Position numbers and translations under genes: made by a program
Part shown: positions 37,484-47,365 of the stretch, piece by piece
Position numbering within the stretch: position 1 is the first letter of the stretch
Layout of the letters: every line of letters starts with the position of its first letter
The notes under the pieces: model-generated
Told to the model about the DNA's origin: nothing
What the model saw: the letters and a program-made list of their open reading frames with translations, nothing else
The model's database searches: none
Assembly (NCBI GenBank): GCA_965233585.1
Contig: CBDDTI010000747.1
Coordinates: 448,001 to 512,000 of the forward strand
DNA: 64,000 bases
Source: a bacterium
Lineage (GTDB): Bacteria; SAR324; NAC60-12
Direction: 5' to 3'

Positions 37484-38626
37484 TTAGTTTTGCTGATTCA
37501 GCTGGTCTCGGACTTGGCGGTAGTCTCTTTTAAGCCGTTCAATGCGTCCAACACCTTTGGCAAAGGTTAAATTAGCAGGGTCTGAATTGAGTGCCTCATC
37601 GTATGCCACACTAGCAAGCCCATATTCTCCAATGGCTTCATAGGACAATCCCAAATTATATTGGTCATCAGCACTGCGTGTCTCCAAAGCATTCAATCGT
37701 TCAATCGCTTTTTCATAAGCACCTGCTTTCATTAAAGCCAATGCTTGTGAATCACCACCTGCCAATGCAATATTGAGAGTTGTTGTAGAAATCGCAACAT
37801 CTTTCATAAATTGAGCAGAGACAGATTCTGCCATGTCAGCAACAGCTTGCTCAAAACTTGGCAGGGCATTGTCAGATTCTTCAATCTCAATCTCATCTTC
37901 TGCCGTTTCTTGGTTTGCGGACACAGCCAATCCTTGTGCTTGTTTTGCACCATCAGCGATTTGGTCCATCAATCCTTTGGGTTTACCCCCAATTTTATGA
38001 CGAAAAGAACGAATGTCAGTAGAGACAGCAAGTAATTCTGTGGGTTCAAGTTTAATCATTCTTAATGAAACCCCAAGCGAACCATTCATGCTTTTATACG
38101 GAAAAAATGCCACAGCATCAACGGTATAAGCAGGGTCATTTTCCCCTTGTCCTCTTAAAATATACTTCAATGCCACTTTGTCTAACTCTGACCCATCAAA
38201 ATGACTGACATCAATCCAAACATCTCCTTCAATAATAGCGTCCACTTGTTCAGTACGGAACCCCCCTGCAGAAATTGTCTCTTGAATGGCTTGATTATTG
38301 TCTAATTCAGACAATTTATCAGAATAGACCACTTCAAACGATGGAGATTTGGAAATAAAATTGACAACTTTACCCCTCACCAATCTTGCCATCGCTTGAC
38401 GTTGTTCTTGAGAAAAAGGCACTTCTTGCACCTGCCAACTTCCGTTGCGTTCTACTAACTGACGATAGCGAAAATTTTTGATTTTGAATTGAGTCACCAC
38501 CACCCTTTGAATGCCTGAAGTATTGATTTTGGCAGGTTTTGCAACCTCCAGTTTGACTTTTGAAACACATCCTGCAAGCAAGACAAGGGCAACTAAAAAT
38601 GTGGGCTTAAAAAATTTATGAGTCAT
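37484..38626 (-). CDS. Lipoprotein with CsgG/DUF6340-like N-domain and C-terminal TPR (paralog 2)
   Basis: Lipobox LAGC; VDAIIEGDV; AYEKAIERL..DQYNLGLSYEAIG. Confidence 0.7.
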   Translation of the reverse strand: MTHKFFKPTFLVALVLLAGCVSKVKLEVAKPAKINTSGIQRVVVTQFKIKNFRYRQLVERNGSWQVQEVPFSQEQRQAMARLVRGKVVNFISKSPSFEVVYSDKLSELDNNQAIQETISAGGFRTEQVDAIIEGDVWIDVSHFDGSELDKVALKYILRGQGENDPAYTVDAVAFFPYKSMNGSLGVSLRMIKLEPTELLAVSTDIRSFRHKIGGKPKGLMDQIADGAKQAQGLAVSANQETAEDEIEIEESDNALPSFEQAVADMAESVSAQFMKDVAISTTTLNIALAGGDSQALALMKAGAYEKAIERLNALETRSADDQYNLGLSYEAIGEYGLASVAYDEALNSDPANLTFAKGVGRIERLKRDYRQVRDQLNQQN

Positions 38627-38631
38627 TGCAC

Positions 38632-39855
38632 TTAATTGGAATTGTTGGAATTGGAAGATTGATTGGATTTTTTAAGGGAACGTAAAGCCTTTTCAAGCCG
38701 TCCGAGAGACTTGGCATAAGATGCTTTGGGTGAAAGGTCAAAGGCTTGAGAGTAAAGCCGTCTGGCATCATCTAAGTCTTCTTGAGTGATTGCCGTTGCC
38801 TCAAGAGTCAGTCCTAAATGATAAAGGTCTGCATCTGATGGCGATTCTAGGTCTTCCAACAACTGCCTTGCTTGGTCAAACTTTCCTGCCCGTAATTCAT
38901 CAGCGGCAGTGCCTGCATCATCTATTTCTACTTCAATAGAAATTCGGTAAGGCGTCACATCACGAATAAACGGACGAAGCGTTTTGGTCACAATTTTTTG
39001 CCTGATTTGATTCATCTCTTGTTCTGGAATGTCATCAGGTTCTGGAGCAACCCAATTATAAAAACGACCGATGTTTGACCCCACATTAGAGCCTTGAACT
39101 AAGGCAAGCCTTTTGGGCATTGGTGCAACAAGAATCGTTTGAATCAAGGGCATGATGATAAAAGCCCCTTCGCTGGACTCTCTCACATTCGCATAAGACG
39201 AACTTTCAGGATAATGTCTGCTAAAGCCTGCAGATTCAGAACGAATCAAAAGAGTCGTGCGGTCTGTTCCTAATTGAGTCATGGAAAGGTTCACTTGCAA
39301 AAACAGCGAGACATTTTTGTATTTGTAAATACGAATCACTTCATCAATGGGAGCGCCTCCTGTTGCAAGCTCAATGATGGCTTCTGTTGCGATTGAGGCA
39401 ACATCAGGTTTTTTACACAAAAATCCACGACCACTTACGGTAATTCCTTGTTCTGAAGTTGTTCCACTAGCCACCGCACCACCAATGCCAGACAATCCAC
39501 CTTTGCAAACTGCCTTTTCTGTCATTTGACCTGAAACTACTCCACCGCCACTAACTACATCGCCTTGAATTACAGCGACAACTTCAGTATTTGGGTCAAA
39601 GCCTGTTGGCTCTCCAATGAAAACCTGATAACGACCCAGCTTGGAAAGCTCTGTCTGCAATTCTTTAATCACTTGGGCTTTAAACCCAAACTGATCATTG
39701 GAACTTTCAATCAGATTTTCAGGAATGAAGACTTTGCTAATAGATTTTGGAATGTTCAAATTCCCTAGACGTTGAACTTGGAATGTCTCAGCAAGTGCAA
39801 TTGACCAAGACGAAATAAACAGACTGATGAGAAGGCTAATGTGAAGTTTAAGCAT
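38632..39855 (-). CDS. Exported protein with CsgG/DUF6340-like N-domain and C-terminal TPR (paralog 1)
   Basis: Sec signal ALA-E; ELSKLGRYQV, VAVIQGDV; DLYHLGLTLEA..ARRLYSQAF. Confidence 0.65.
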   Translation of the reverse strand: MLKLHISLLISLFISSWSIALAETFQVQRLGNLNIPKSISKVFIPENLIESSNDQFGFKAQVIKELQTELSKLGRYQVFIGEPTGFDPNTEVVAVIQGDVVSGGGVVSGQMTEKAVCKGGLSGIGGAVASGTTSEQGITVSGRGFLCKKPDVASIATEAIIELATGGAPIDEVIRIYKYKNVSLFLQVNLSMTQLGTDRTTLLIRSESAGFSRHYPESSSYANVRESSEGAFIIMPLIQTILVAPMPKRLALVQGSNVGSNIGRFYNWVAPEPDDIPEQEMNQIRQKIVTKTLRPFIRDVTPYRISIEVEIDDAGTAADELRAGKFDQARQLLEDLESPSDADLYHLGLTLEATAITQEDLDDARRLYSQAFDLSPKASYAKSLGRLEKALRSLKKSNQSSNSNNSN

Positions 39856-39874
39856 GTTTTAGAATGGTAGGGGG

Positions 39875-40741
39875 TTAAAATCCTCTAATTTTGCGGAGTG
39901 CAGAATCCACAGCATTGCGTATTCTGTCATCTTCATGTTGTGAAAGTGGCTCAAGTGTAGAAGTTGCCCTGCCATCTTTTAAGTTTCCTAGCACTACAAT
40001 ATGAGCCTCAATGACAGGAATTTCATTGGAGTCAAGTGATTTTTTCAGACTGGTTAAGGTAGGATCAACTGCACGACTGCCAAGTTTAGACAATGCCTCT
40101 ACAATTTGCTCCCGCACTTCTATATCCTGCAAATAGGGCAACATCAAAACAGCAACTCGGGGATTCTTGACCTTGACCAGTATTTCAAAGCTAGCCTTGT
40201 TCTCAAAAAAAGATTTGCCTTTGAGCGTGTTGATGATGGAATCAGCAACAGTGGGTCCAACCTGAATCAAAACAGCAGTAAATTTCTCACGGTCTTTTTG
40301 ATACGCACCAGACCCGTATCGTTCTACTAGCTCATCAATCGCATTTTTTCCATATTCTCTAAAGGCAAACCCCAATGCTTTGGCAGTGTCATCATCATTG
40401 ACGACAGAAACAAGGTCTAACAAGTCATTCACAGCGGGTTGGTATTGAATTTGACCAAGTGCCATGATGGCTTCACGTCTGACTTCCTGATTCGCATCTT
40501 TTAGTCGTTTTCTCAAAGCACTGCCTGCTTCAGCCTTGCCGATTCTCCTGACTAATTTGATGGCACGCAATCTGATTTTGGCATCATCATCTTCCAACAA
40601 ACTGACTGCCATCTCAAAGGCTTCGTCTGTTTCTTCGTCATAGTAAAGTTGTTCTGCTTTTTCAATACTCACGCAAGCACTTAGCAGAATTAACGTTGCA
40701 ATGAAAAACAGAAAACTTTGTAAATTTTTGTAAAATTTCAT
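39875..40741 (-). CDS. HEAT-repeat lipoprotein
   Basis: Lipobox LSAC; repeats such as LKDANQEVRREAIMALGQI and LQDIEVREQIVEALSKL. Confidence 0.85.
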   Translation of the reverse strand: MKFYKNLQSFLFFIATLILLSACVSIEKAEQLYYDEETDEAFEMAVSLLEDDDAKIRLRAIKLVRRIGKAEAGSALRKRLKDANQEVRREAIMALGQIQYQPAVNDLLDLVSVVNDDDTAKALGFAFREYGKNAIDELVERYGSGAYQKDREKFTAVLIQVGPTVADSIINTLKGKSFFENKASFEILVKVKNPRVAVLMLPYLQDIEVREQIVEALSKLGSRAVDPTLTSLKKSLDSNEIPVIEAHIVVLGNLKDGRATSTLEPLSQHEDDRIRNAVDSALRKIRGF

Positions 40742-40742
40742 T

Positions 40743-42116
40743 CTAATCCTCCTTGATTTGAGCGATGACTAAATCAGTCAAATCAGGTGCGATGGTCGGT
40801 TCTTGAAAATTCACACCCAGTTCATCAAGGATTGTCAACACTTTATCTGCAAGGTCTTCTGTGTTGCCTGCATAACGTACTTGTAGGGTTGTAATGGTCG
40901 GGACAGAGTTGTCCATTCTCACGTAGCGGAAGTCATCAGCCTCCGATGCCCTGACCTTGCTACGAACCTGCCTCGCTGTTCTTGAGTCAAAATCTTTCAA
41001 CACCAATTCATAAGCAATCAGTTTCTCTCCGCCAACTGAAATCGTGGACATCTCTTTGATGACCTGCGGGATAAACTCACGGCTCATGTCTTTGTAAGCA
41101 TCTTGTACAAGCCCAGTAATGACAGCAGATTGGATAGCACCTTCGCCCCCACGCCTTGCCACATTGACAACGCTGTTGGCAAACGCACCTCCACGACCTG
41201 TGGAAATATTTTTGGCTGTGACGTTCATAGAAAGGGCAAGGTCTCCTTTCACATTCCCACTCACTGAAAAAATGTTCACTTCAACAACCACCTTTGCCAG
41301 TTGTTGAATCAACGTCAAGCCTGTTGAGTAAAACTCTTCAGCATTTTTGATTTGTTGGTTCAAGACAGCACGGTCTGCTGAACTGCCAGAAACCACTGCC
41401 AGAAACTGCTCTTTTGAAATCTTGCCAAACTGCTCCTTCGCTTTTTCATCAGTTTGCATGGCAGTCACCGCATTGCGAAAATCCATCGCACGCAAGCCTC
41501 TTTGATTCAAATCCGTTTGGATTTGATTCATCATCGCCTCTTCTATGTCAGAAAAACGCATGCCCGAACTGGACAAATCCAAATCTTTCTTAGAGGTCAC
41601 CACAGTGATTAACGCATTGGCACTTTGGTCAATCAATCCCAAATCTTTTTGCAAAGCAACCAGTGTTTTTTGACGACTCACCTTGTGGGCAGAATCAATC
41701 CCATAGTATTTGTCCCCAAAGATTTTCCTTTCTGCATTCACCTCGCTTTGAACAATGTAGTTGTCAACATTCTGAATCATGTACTGTTCAATTTGTTCGT
41801 AGTTTTGGTTGTAAACTGGAGGAGGCAGAAGCTCTTGAGCCATTCTGTCAAGGGCTGTTTTTTTTGCAGACTCCAATGCCTGATTGCGCGCATTGCGTAA
41901 GTCATTGCGTTTGATGAATGCTTTGGATTTGACACGAAAAAGGCGAACATCAGGGCTGTCTTCCTTCAACGACACACGCCCCGTCACGTCTGCAAGTGTC
42001 AAAAACGTCTCTCTTGTCGGTTCGGGCTTTTCACCAAAACCCAATATGGAACAGCCCGCTAAAACAACCGATGCCATTCCAAATAATCCGTAACTCTTTA
42101 AACTCATAAATAACAA
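40743..42116 (-). CDS. Lipoprotein with FlgT-N/LPP20-like domain
   Basis: Lipobox LAGC; AFIKRNDLRNARNQALESAKKTAL pattern. Confidence 0.55.
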   Translation of the reverse strand: MLFMSLKSYGLFGMASVVLAGCSILGFGEKPEPTRETFLTLADVTGRVSLKEDSPDVRLFRVKSKAFIKRNDLRNARNQALESAKKTALDRMAQELLPPPVYNQNYEQIEQYMIQNVDNYIVQSEVNAERKIFGDKYYGIDSAHKVSRQKTLVALQKDLGLIDQSANALITVVTSKKDLDLSSSGMRFSDIEEAMMNQIQTDLNQRGLRAMDFRNAVTAMQTDEKAKEQFGKISKEQFLAVVSGSSADRAVLNQQIKNAEEFYSTGLTLIQQLAKVVVEVNIFSVSGNVKGDLALSMNVTAKNISTGRGGAFANSVVNVARRGGEGAIQSAVITGLVQDAYKDMSREFIPQVIKEMSTISVGGEKLIAYELVLKDFDSRTARQVRSKVRASEADDFRYVRMDNSVPTITTLQVRYAGNTEDLADKVLTILDELGVNFQEPTIAPDLTDLVIAQIKED

Positions 42117-42837
42117 TCTCCTAAATAAGTTAAAATTAAAAACCCACTATTCTATGATGACCCAATTCAAAGTGCAACCCTTTTTATTTCATAAAACAAT
42201 TTTTTTAAGAAGATGCACCATCAGCTAAAATTGACTTTTTTTAAAAAATTCAATAGACTTTGCAGTTTTTTAAATTTTATGAAATGAGGAATGATGAATA
42301 CGGACATTAAAAAGCAAATTGTTGGATTTACAAGAGGAAGTGAATAAACAAAACCCTCCGTACCAAATGGAGTTTTCACAACAAAAAGAAAGGTTAAATC
42401 CAAAATGAGTTTTAACAGAGGTAAAGGAGGCACAAGGAGGTACTAGGTTAAGAGTCAAAGCTAAAACAAGTGGTTTAGATATTTCTATCTGTGGAAAAGA
42501 TTTTGAAGACAATCCAGTTTACTGGTGTTTGCGAGACGAATTATTAGGTAGAGAATGTGATAGATATAAATAAACCAAACCAGAAAAATACGAACCAGCT
42601 TGGAAACTCAAAGATTCAGACTTTGAAATTGTCAGAAAGGCTGTCTTTTCTTATGCAGGTTTGGGTGAGAACTAAACAATTAGATTGACTAGCAAACAAG
42701 GTTTGCCCTTCGCTCGTGTCTTTTGATTGCTTGGCTTGTGTTTGGGAGTGTTTGGTCAGCCTGACTTGCTTTTGAGAAACTGACCAACAAGGGAGGAAAG
42801 AGAACCAATGCTTAAAATGCTAGCAATGATTTCCTTG

Positions 42838-43086
42838 TCAAAATACGCACAAATGAGTGAGACTTGATTGTTGAACAGCAACTTGCTTATCCGTCTTTTT
42901 TGCTTTTTCAGATTGTTGCTCATAGTGATTGACAGAACGTCTCATGGAGTCCCCCGTTCTATACCAATGAGAATCAAAACGTTCTTTGGCGGAAGAGTAC
43001 TTGATATGGCGACTAAAGTCCACTGGGGCAAACGCAACAGATAAACTACAAAAGCCATTCAAAAAGTGTTGTTTTTTATCAGACAT
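42838..43086 (-). CDS. Small hypothetical protein in a decayed accessory segment
   Basis: 82-aa ORF with a W-x-x-G-D-x-M-R helix; flanked by ORF fragments. Confidence 0.35.
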   Translation of the reverse strand: MSDKKQHFLNGFCSLSVAFAPVDFSRHIKYSSAKERFDSHWYRTGDSMRRSVNHYEQQSEKAKKTDKQVAVQQSSLTHLCVF

Positions 43087-43405
43087 TTTTTATTTAAACA
43101 AGCTGATTTGAAGAAAGAGAATACCGATTGCACTCAATTATCCCAATCATTAGCATTATGCAAAAGCCAAACCTGATAGTCAATCAAAGAATTTAAACAA
43201 TCTTTTCCAAGTGATGAAAGACGAACTATCTGATGTAGTGCCTTCAGTGTTAGTGATTTCGGACTGCCTCCGACGCAGGAATGACAGGAAAGATGAAAAC
43301 CTTGAGTCAAGGTAGCACTTGATTCGGAATCTCAGCAGTGAAAAAGAAACCACTAAAAAAGGGCTAGAGAGCCTTTGAATTGGGTATCTCTGCCAGAATC
43401 TTCAT

Positions 43406-44842
43406 TTATTTCATGGCTTCTTTCAGTTTGGCAAATTCTTTGAGGATTTGTGGATTGATGGTGATGTCTTCAGCCACTTGGATTTGTTGTAGTAAGACTT
43501 CACGGCTGAATTGTTTGTCTGCACGCCTTAACTGTTCTGTGGTATGTTGCAAAATCATTTTTGGCAAGATTTGATAAAGCTGGTCTCGCTGTTCTAATGC
43601 CTGCACGACTTCTGCATCGCCGCTGGCTTCAATCGCCGCTTGTTTCAGATGCCCCAAAGCAACGATGTATCGCTCAATTTTAAATCCAATCACGGGGGAA
43701 CGTTGCGCTGTTCTAATCTCTTCTACTGCTTTGAGGTACGAGTCTTCAAACAACGTTTGTGTTTTTACTGGCAGTTGTAAAGGGGCTTCTTGAGTGGCTT
43801 CTGGTTTGCGAACTACACTTTGGTCAGTCACAGAAAAGAAGTTAACCAAGACCAGCTTATCTTGCAACTCAATGTAAGGTCTTAATTCAAAAATTTCTGG
43901 ATTCAATTCTGCACGCAAAAAGATGCGGTTTTGATGAGCGGTGTCAGCCACCAGCTGGACGTTTCTCAAATACTCAAGGGAGCGGATTTGCTCAGGTTCA
44001 TGTGTGATTTGTGAGTTTGGAATCATCACTTGCACAAAGAATCTGGTTTGACGTTCGCCAGTCTGGGGCGACCTTTCTGTCTCTTCTACTACTTGAAAAG
44101 GAATGTGTTCAGGCATCAAAGAAACAGGTTGCTCAAATTCTATTCCAATCGCAAAACGCCAGATGTTTCTTAAATCATCTTCTAAGGTTTTGGGAAAGAC
44201 GCTTAAGCCCACAGCTTGAAAAGGACGTTCCAAAATGAAGTCAGCGCTTGTTGTGGCATCTAATAACCAGCCATTTGCAAGAAGCTGATAAGCATCAAGA
44301 TAGGTTAGCACTTCTCTGATTCCATTTTTAAAGTCTAGGGTGTAGCGATACCGATTGCCGTGTTCGTCAGTTTGGTATAACCCTTCTACATTTGGTTGAA
44401 TGAGACCAAACTTTCTGATAGCAAATTTAAGCGACTGTCCTGTCAACAAATCGTGGTCAGAGTAATTTTTTTGGAAGGCATAAGCTGCTAAGGCTCGTTT
44501 GTAAAATTGCCTTTTGTCAAGGACTTGGAAGTCTGCACTTTCAGGGTCTGGAAACACCAAAACACGATTTTTAGAGAGCAACAAGGTGTCGTTCAGACTC
44601 CATTCGTAAATGCGGTTGATCTTCCATTCATGGCTTGAACCATCATCAAGAATCACCTGCAAATAATATTGATGAGATTGTTTATTCTTGACAAAAGTTG
44701 AGGCAATGCGTTTTTGTTGAAACAACCCTTTGTCCAATACCTTTGCCAAATACAAGGCATTTTCGCGGCTGGTATATTCTGGCATCGCCAATGCCATGTT
44801 TGCCAAACACAAAAGACCCAAATGAATGAATAGCTTTTTCAT
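43406..44842 (-). CDS. Hypothetical exported protein with AMIN-like domain and helical C-terminus
   Basis: Signal peptide ALA-M; IGIEFEQPV..FVQVMIPNS..LRNVQL..RIFL pattern. Confidence 0.55.
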   Translation of the reverse strand: MKKLFIHLGLLCLANMALAMPEYTSRENALYLAKVLDKGLFQQKRIASTFVKNKQSHQYYLQVILDDGSSHEWKINRIYEWSLNDTLLLSKNRVLVFPDPESADFQVLDKRQFYKRALAAYAFQKNYSDHDLLTGQSLKFAIRKFGLIQPNVEGLYQTDEHGNRYRYTLDFKNGIREVLTYLDAYQLLANGWLLDATTSADFILERPFQAVGLSVFPKTLEDDLRNIWRFAIGIEFEQPVSLMPEHIPFQVVEETERSPQTGERQTRFFVQVMIPNSQITHEPEQIRSLEYLRNVQLVADTAHQNRIFLRAELNPEIFELRPYIELQDKLVLVNFFSVTDQSVVRKPEATQEAPLQLPVKTQTLFEDSYLKAVEEIRTAQRSPVIGFKIERYIVALGHLKQAAIEASGDAEVVQALEQRDQLYQILPKMILQHTTEQLRRADKQFSREVLLQQIQVAEDITINPQILKEFAKLKEAMK

Positions 44843-44847
44843 AATCC

Positions 44848-45849
44848 TTACTTAAAATTCTCTCCAACATAAATATCTACATCAATGCCAATGCGTCCCA
44901 TGTCTTCTAGGGACATACGTTCTACAATTTGCTCACCGGGAATCATCTGTGCCAAAGCCAATGCTGCTGACATGTAATTGGGACGAAAGTAAATTTTGGT
45001 CTTTTCTAAAGAGACTTTTTTACGTGCTGAAGAGATGTTGACAATTTTGAGCTTCATCTTGACCTGCTCTTGAAAAGAGGTGTGATGATAGCGGTCTAGC
45101 AGCACGGCAAGACGATGTGCGCCATCAGGAAGAGGGGAGGCATTGAGAATGGAAACCCTGGCAGTGGTGGGTCTTTGAAAAAGCATCATAGCAGAGACAG
45201 GATGCAACAAGATTTTTTGAGAATTACGGAACACTTGCACTTCAGGGGGTGTCAGTTCTTCTCCTTGTCCTTCTGTCTCCACATTTGCCAGTTCTTGACT
45301 TTCTTCTTCAATGGGCTGTGCTTCATCACGTATCAGAAAAAACAAGGCTGAGACAGAATTGCGGTCTGGTTCTGATAAGACCACCGCTTTTTTTCGCATT
45401 TCAAATATTAACGAAGTTTGAGAGACAATCTGACCTGACGCATCTTGCCGAATTTGTTCATCAAGAACTACTGTTTTGAGAAAGTTTGAATTGGGGAAGG
45501 TCAGGCGTCTGGGAATGGCATCAGTGTCCACAAACGCATCAGGAACAATGATTGTAAATTGCAAGGGATTGGAGGCATCAGCGATGACTTCGGGGTCATT
45601 GAGCAATTCCAATGCAAAAATACCTTCTATTGACAGCATTTCATAAGTTGCAGGAATTTCTTTTAATTCATTACCAACCACCTGCGTTTGCAGCTGGTCT
45701 CTGGACACTTCAATTTTTTGAGTCTCAACCCCACGAATGATATGTCCCCCCTCAAGACCTGCTGCGTTTAACCATAGCCAATATGTCAACTGAACAAAGA
45801 CAGTTGCCAAGAACTTTTTGCGACTTAATAACTTCATCATTTTCATCAT
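44848..45849 (-). CDS. Exported protein with AMIN-like and LytR C-terminal domains
   Basis: RVSILNAS...GA-RLA..L, KTKIYF, A-ALA, IDVDIYVGENF (LytR_C pattern). Confidence 0.65.
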   Translation of the reverse strand: MMKMMKLLSRKKFLATVFVQLTYWLWLNAAGLEGGHIIRGVETQKIEVSRDQLQTQVVGNELKEIPATYEMLSIEGIFALELLNDPEVIADASNPLQFTIIVPDAFVDTDAIPRRLTFPNSNFLKTVVLDEQIRQDASGQIVSQTSLIFEMRKKAVVLSEPDRNSVSALFFLIRDEAQPIEEESQELANVETEGQGEELTPPEVQVFRNSQKILLHPVSAMMLFQRPTTARVSILNASPLPDGAHRLAVLLDRYHHTSFQEQVKMKLKIVNISSARKKVSLEKTKIYFRPNYMSAALALAQMIPGEQIVERMSLEDMGRIGIDVDIYVGENFK

Positions 45850-45944
45850 TTCAAGTTGTTCAGCACTTCGTTACTTCACAGCAAGAAGCGTGCCTTCTTA
45901 ACAAGAAAAAATGAAGGAGCTGGCAAACAGGAGGTGATAAAGTT

Positions 45945-47342
45945 TTACAGATGTAGCTGTTGCTGATTCCATGCACCCAATGCGGCTTCTTTAACAGCTT
46001 CTGTAAATGTGGGGTGAGGGTGGCAGATTCTGGCAATGTCTTCAGCACTGGCTTTATATTCCATAGCGACAACTGCTTCTGCAATGATGTCAGCCACTCT
46101 TGCACCGACCATGTGGACTCCTAGCACTTCATCGGTGTTTTGGTCTGCTAAGACTTTGACAAATCCAGCAGACTCTTCAGCTGCCCTTGCACGACCAAGT
46201 GCTTTAAATGGAAAGCTCCCTTTTTTGTAAGGTTGCCCTTTGTCCTGCAACTCTTGTTCAGTGTAGCCGATGCCTGCGGCTTCAGGGTGAGTATAGACGA
46301 CGCCGGGGATTGTGAAGTAATTGAGATGAGGCTTCTGTCCGTCAAGATGTTCAGCCACAAAAACGCCTTCTTCTTCCCCTTTATGAGCCAGCATGGCACC
46401 CCCAATCACATCACCAATCGCATAGACACCCTCGCAACTGGTTTGCAGTTTATCATTAACTGAAATAAAGCCTCTTTTGTCTGTCTGAACTCCAATGCTT
46501 TCCAGCCCTAGACCTTCTGTGTAAGGCTTTCTTCCAACAGCAATCAAGCAATAATCTGCTTCAAACTGGTGTTCTTTGTCCTTGTGGTCTATTGCAGAGA
46601 TGCTGACAGAGTCACCTTGATTTTCTATTTTTTGAACAGAATGTTTTAGAAAAAAAGCAAGTCCTTGTTTCTTGAAAGTTCGCATCATCTCTTTGCTGAT
46701 GTCTTGGTCCATGGTTGGCAAAATTCTGTCAGCATACTCAAGCACCTGTACATTTGAGCCTAAACGAGAATACACCTGCCCTAACTCCAAGCCAATGACA
46801 CCGCCCCCAATGACTGCCATCGTTTGAGGCACTTCAGGCAAGCTCAATGCTTCGGTGGAGGTGATGATTCGTTTTTTGTCAATTTGAGCAAAAGGCAGAG
46901 TGGCAGGCTTTGAACCTGTTGCAATGATGGCAAAGCGTGTCGTGAGTTGCTTCGTTTCTCCTTCTGACTGAACTTGGATTTGCGTTGGAGACAAAAAACA
47001 ACCCTGTCCGTGATGCACCTCAATTTTGTTTTTCTTCATCAAATATTGTATGCCATCACAAGTTTGGGCAATCACATCAGATTTACGTTTCAGCATCTTT
47101 GACCAGTCAAACTCAAGGTTTGAGGTGTTGATTCCATGTATGGCAAAGTCATGTTGTGCCGAATGATATTTTTCTGATGAATCCAACAAGGCTTTAGATG
47201 GAATACACCCAACATTTAAGCAGGTACCTCCCAATGTAGGATATTTTTCAACAAGGGCAGTTTTCATTCCCAGCTGAGCGCAGCGGATTGCTGCCACGTA
47301 GCCACCCGGTCCAGAGCCAATAATCACAACGTCGTAGTTCAT
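45945..47342 (-). CDS. lpdA: Dihydrolipoyl dehydrogenase
   Basis: GSGPGGY, GGTCLNVGCIPSKAL, GGGVIGLE, HPHPTFTE. Confidence 0.97.
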   Translation of the reverse strand: MNYDVVIIGSGPGGYVAAIRCAQLGMKTALVEKYPTLGGTCLNVGCIPSKALLDSSEKYHSAQHDFAIHGINTSNLEFDWSKMLKRKSDVIAQTCDGIQYLMKKNKIEVHHGQGCFLSPTQIQVQSEGETKQLTTRFAIIATGSKPATLPFAQIDKKRIITSTEALSLPEVPQTMAVIGGGVIGLELGQVYSRLGSNVQVLEYADRILPTMDQDISKEMMRTFKKQGLAFFLKHSVQKIENQGDSVSISAIDHKDKEHQFEADYCLIAVGRKPYTEGLGLESIGVQTDKRGFISVNDKLQTSCEGVYAIGDVIGGAMLAHKGEEEGVFVAEHLDGQKPHLNYFTIPGVVYTHPEAAGIGYTEQELQDKGQPYKKGSFPFKALGRARAAEESAGFVKVLADQNTDEVLGVHMVGARVADIIAEAVVAMEYKASAEDIARICHPHPTFTEAVKEAALGAWNQQQLHL

Positions 47343-47365
47343 AGTTACTCCTATTTTTTAAAAAG

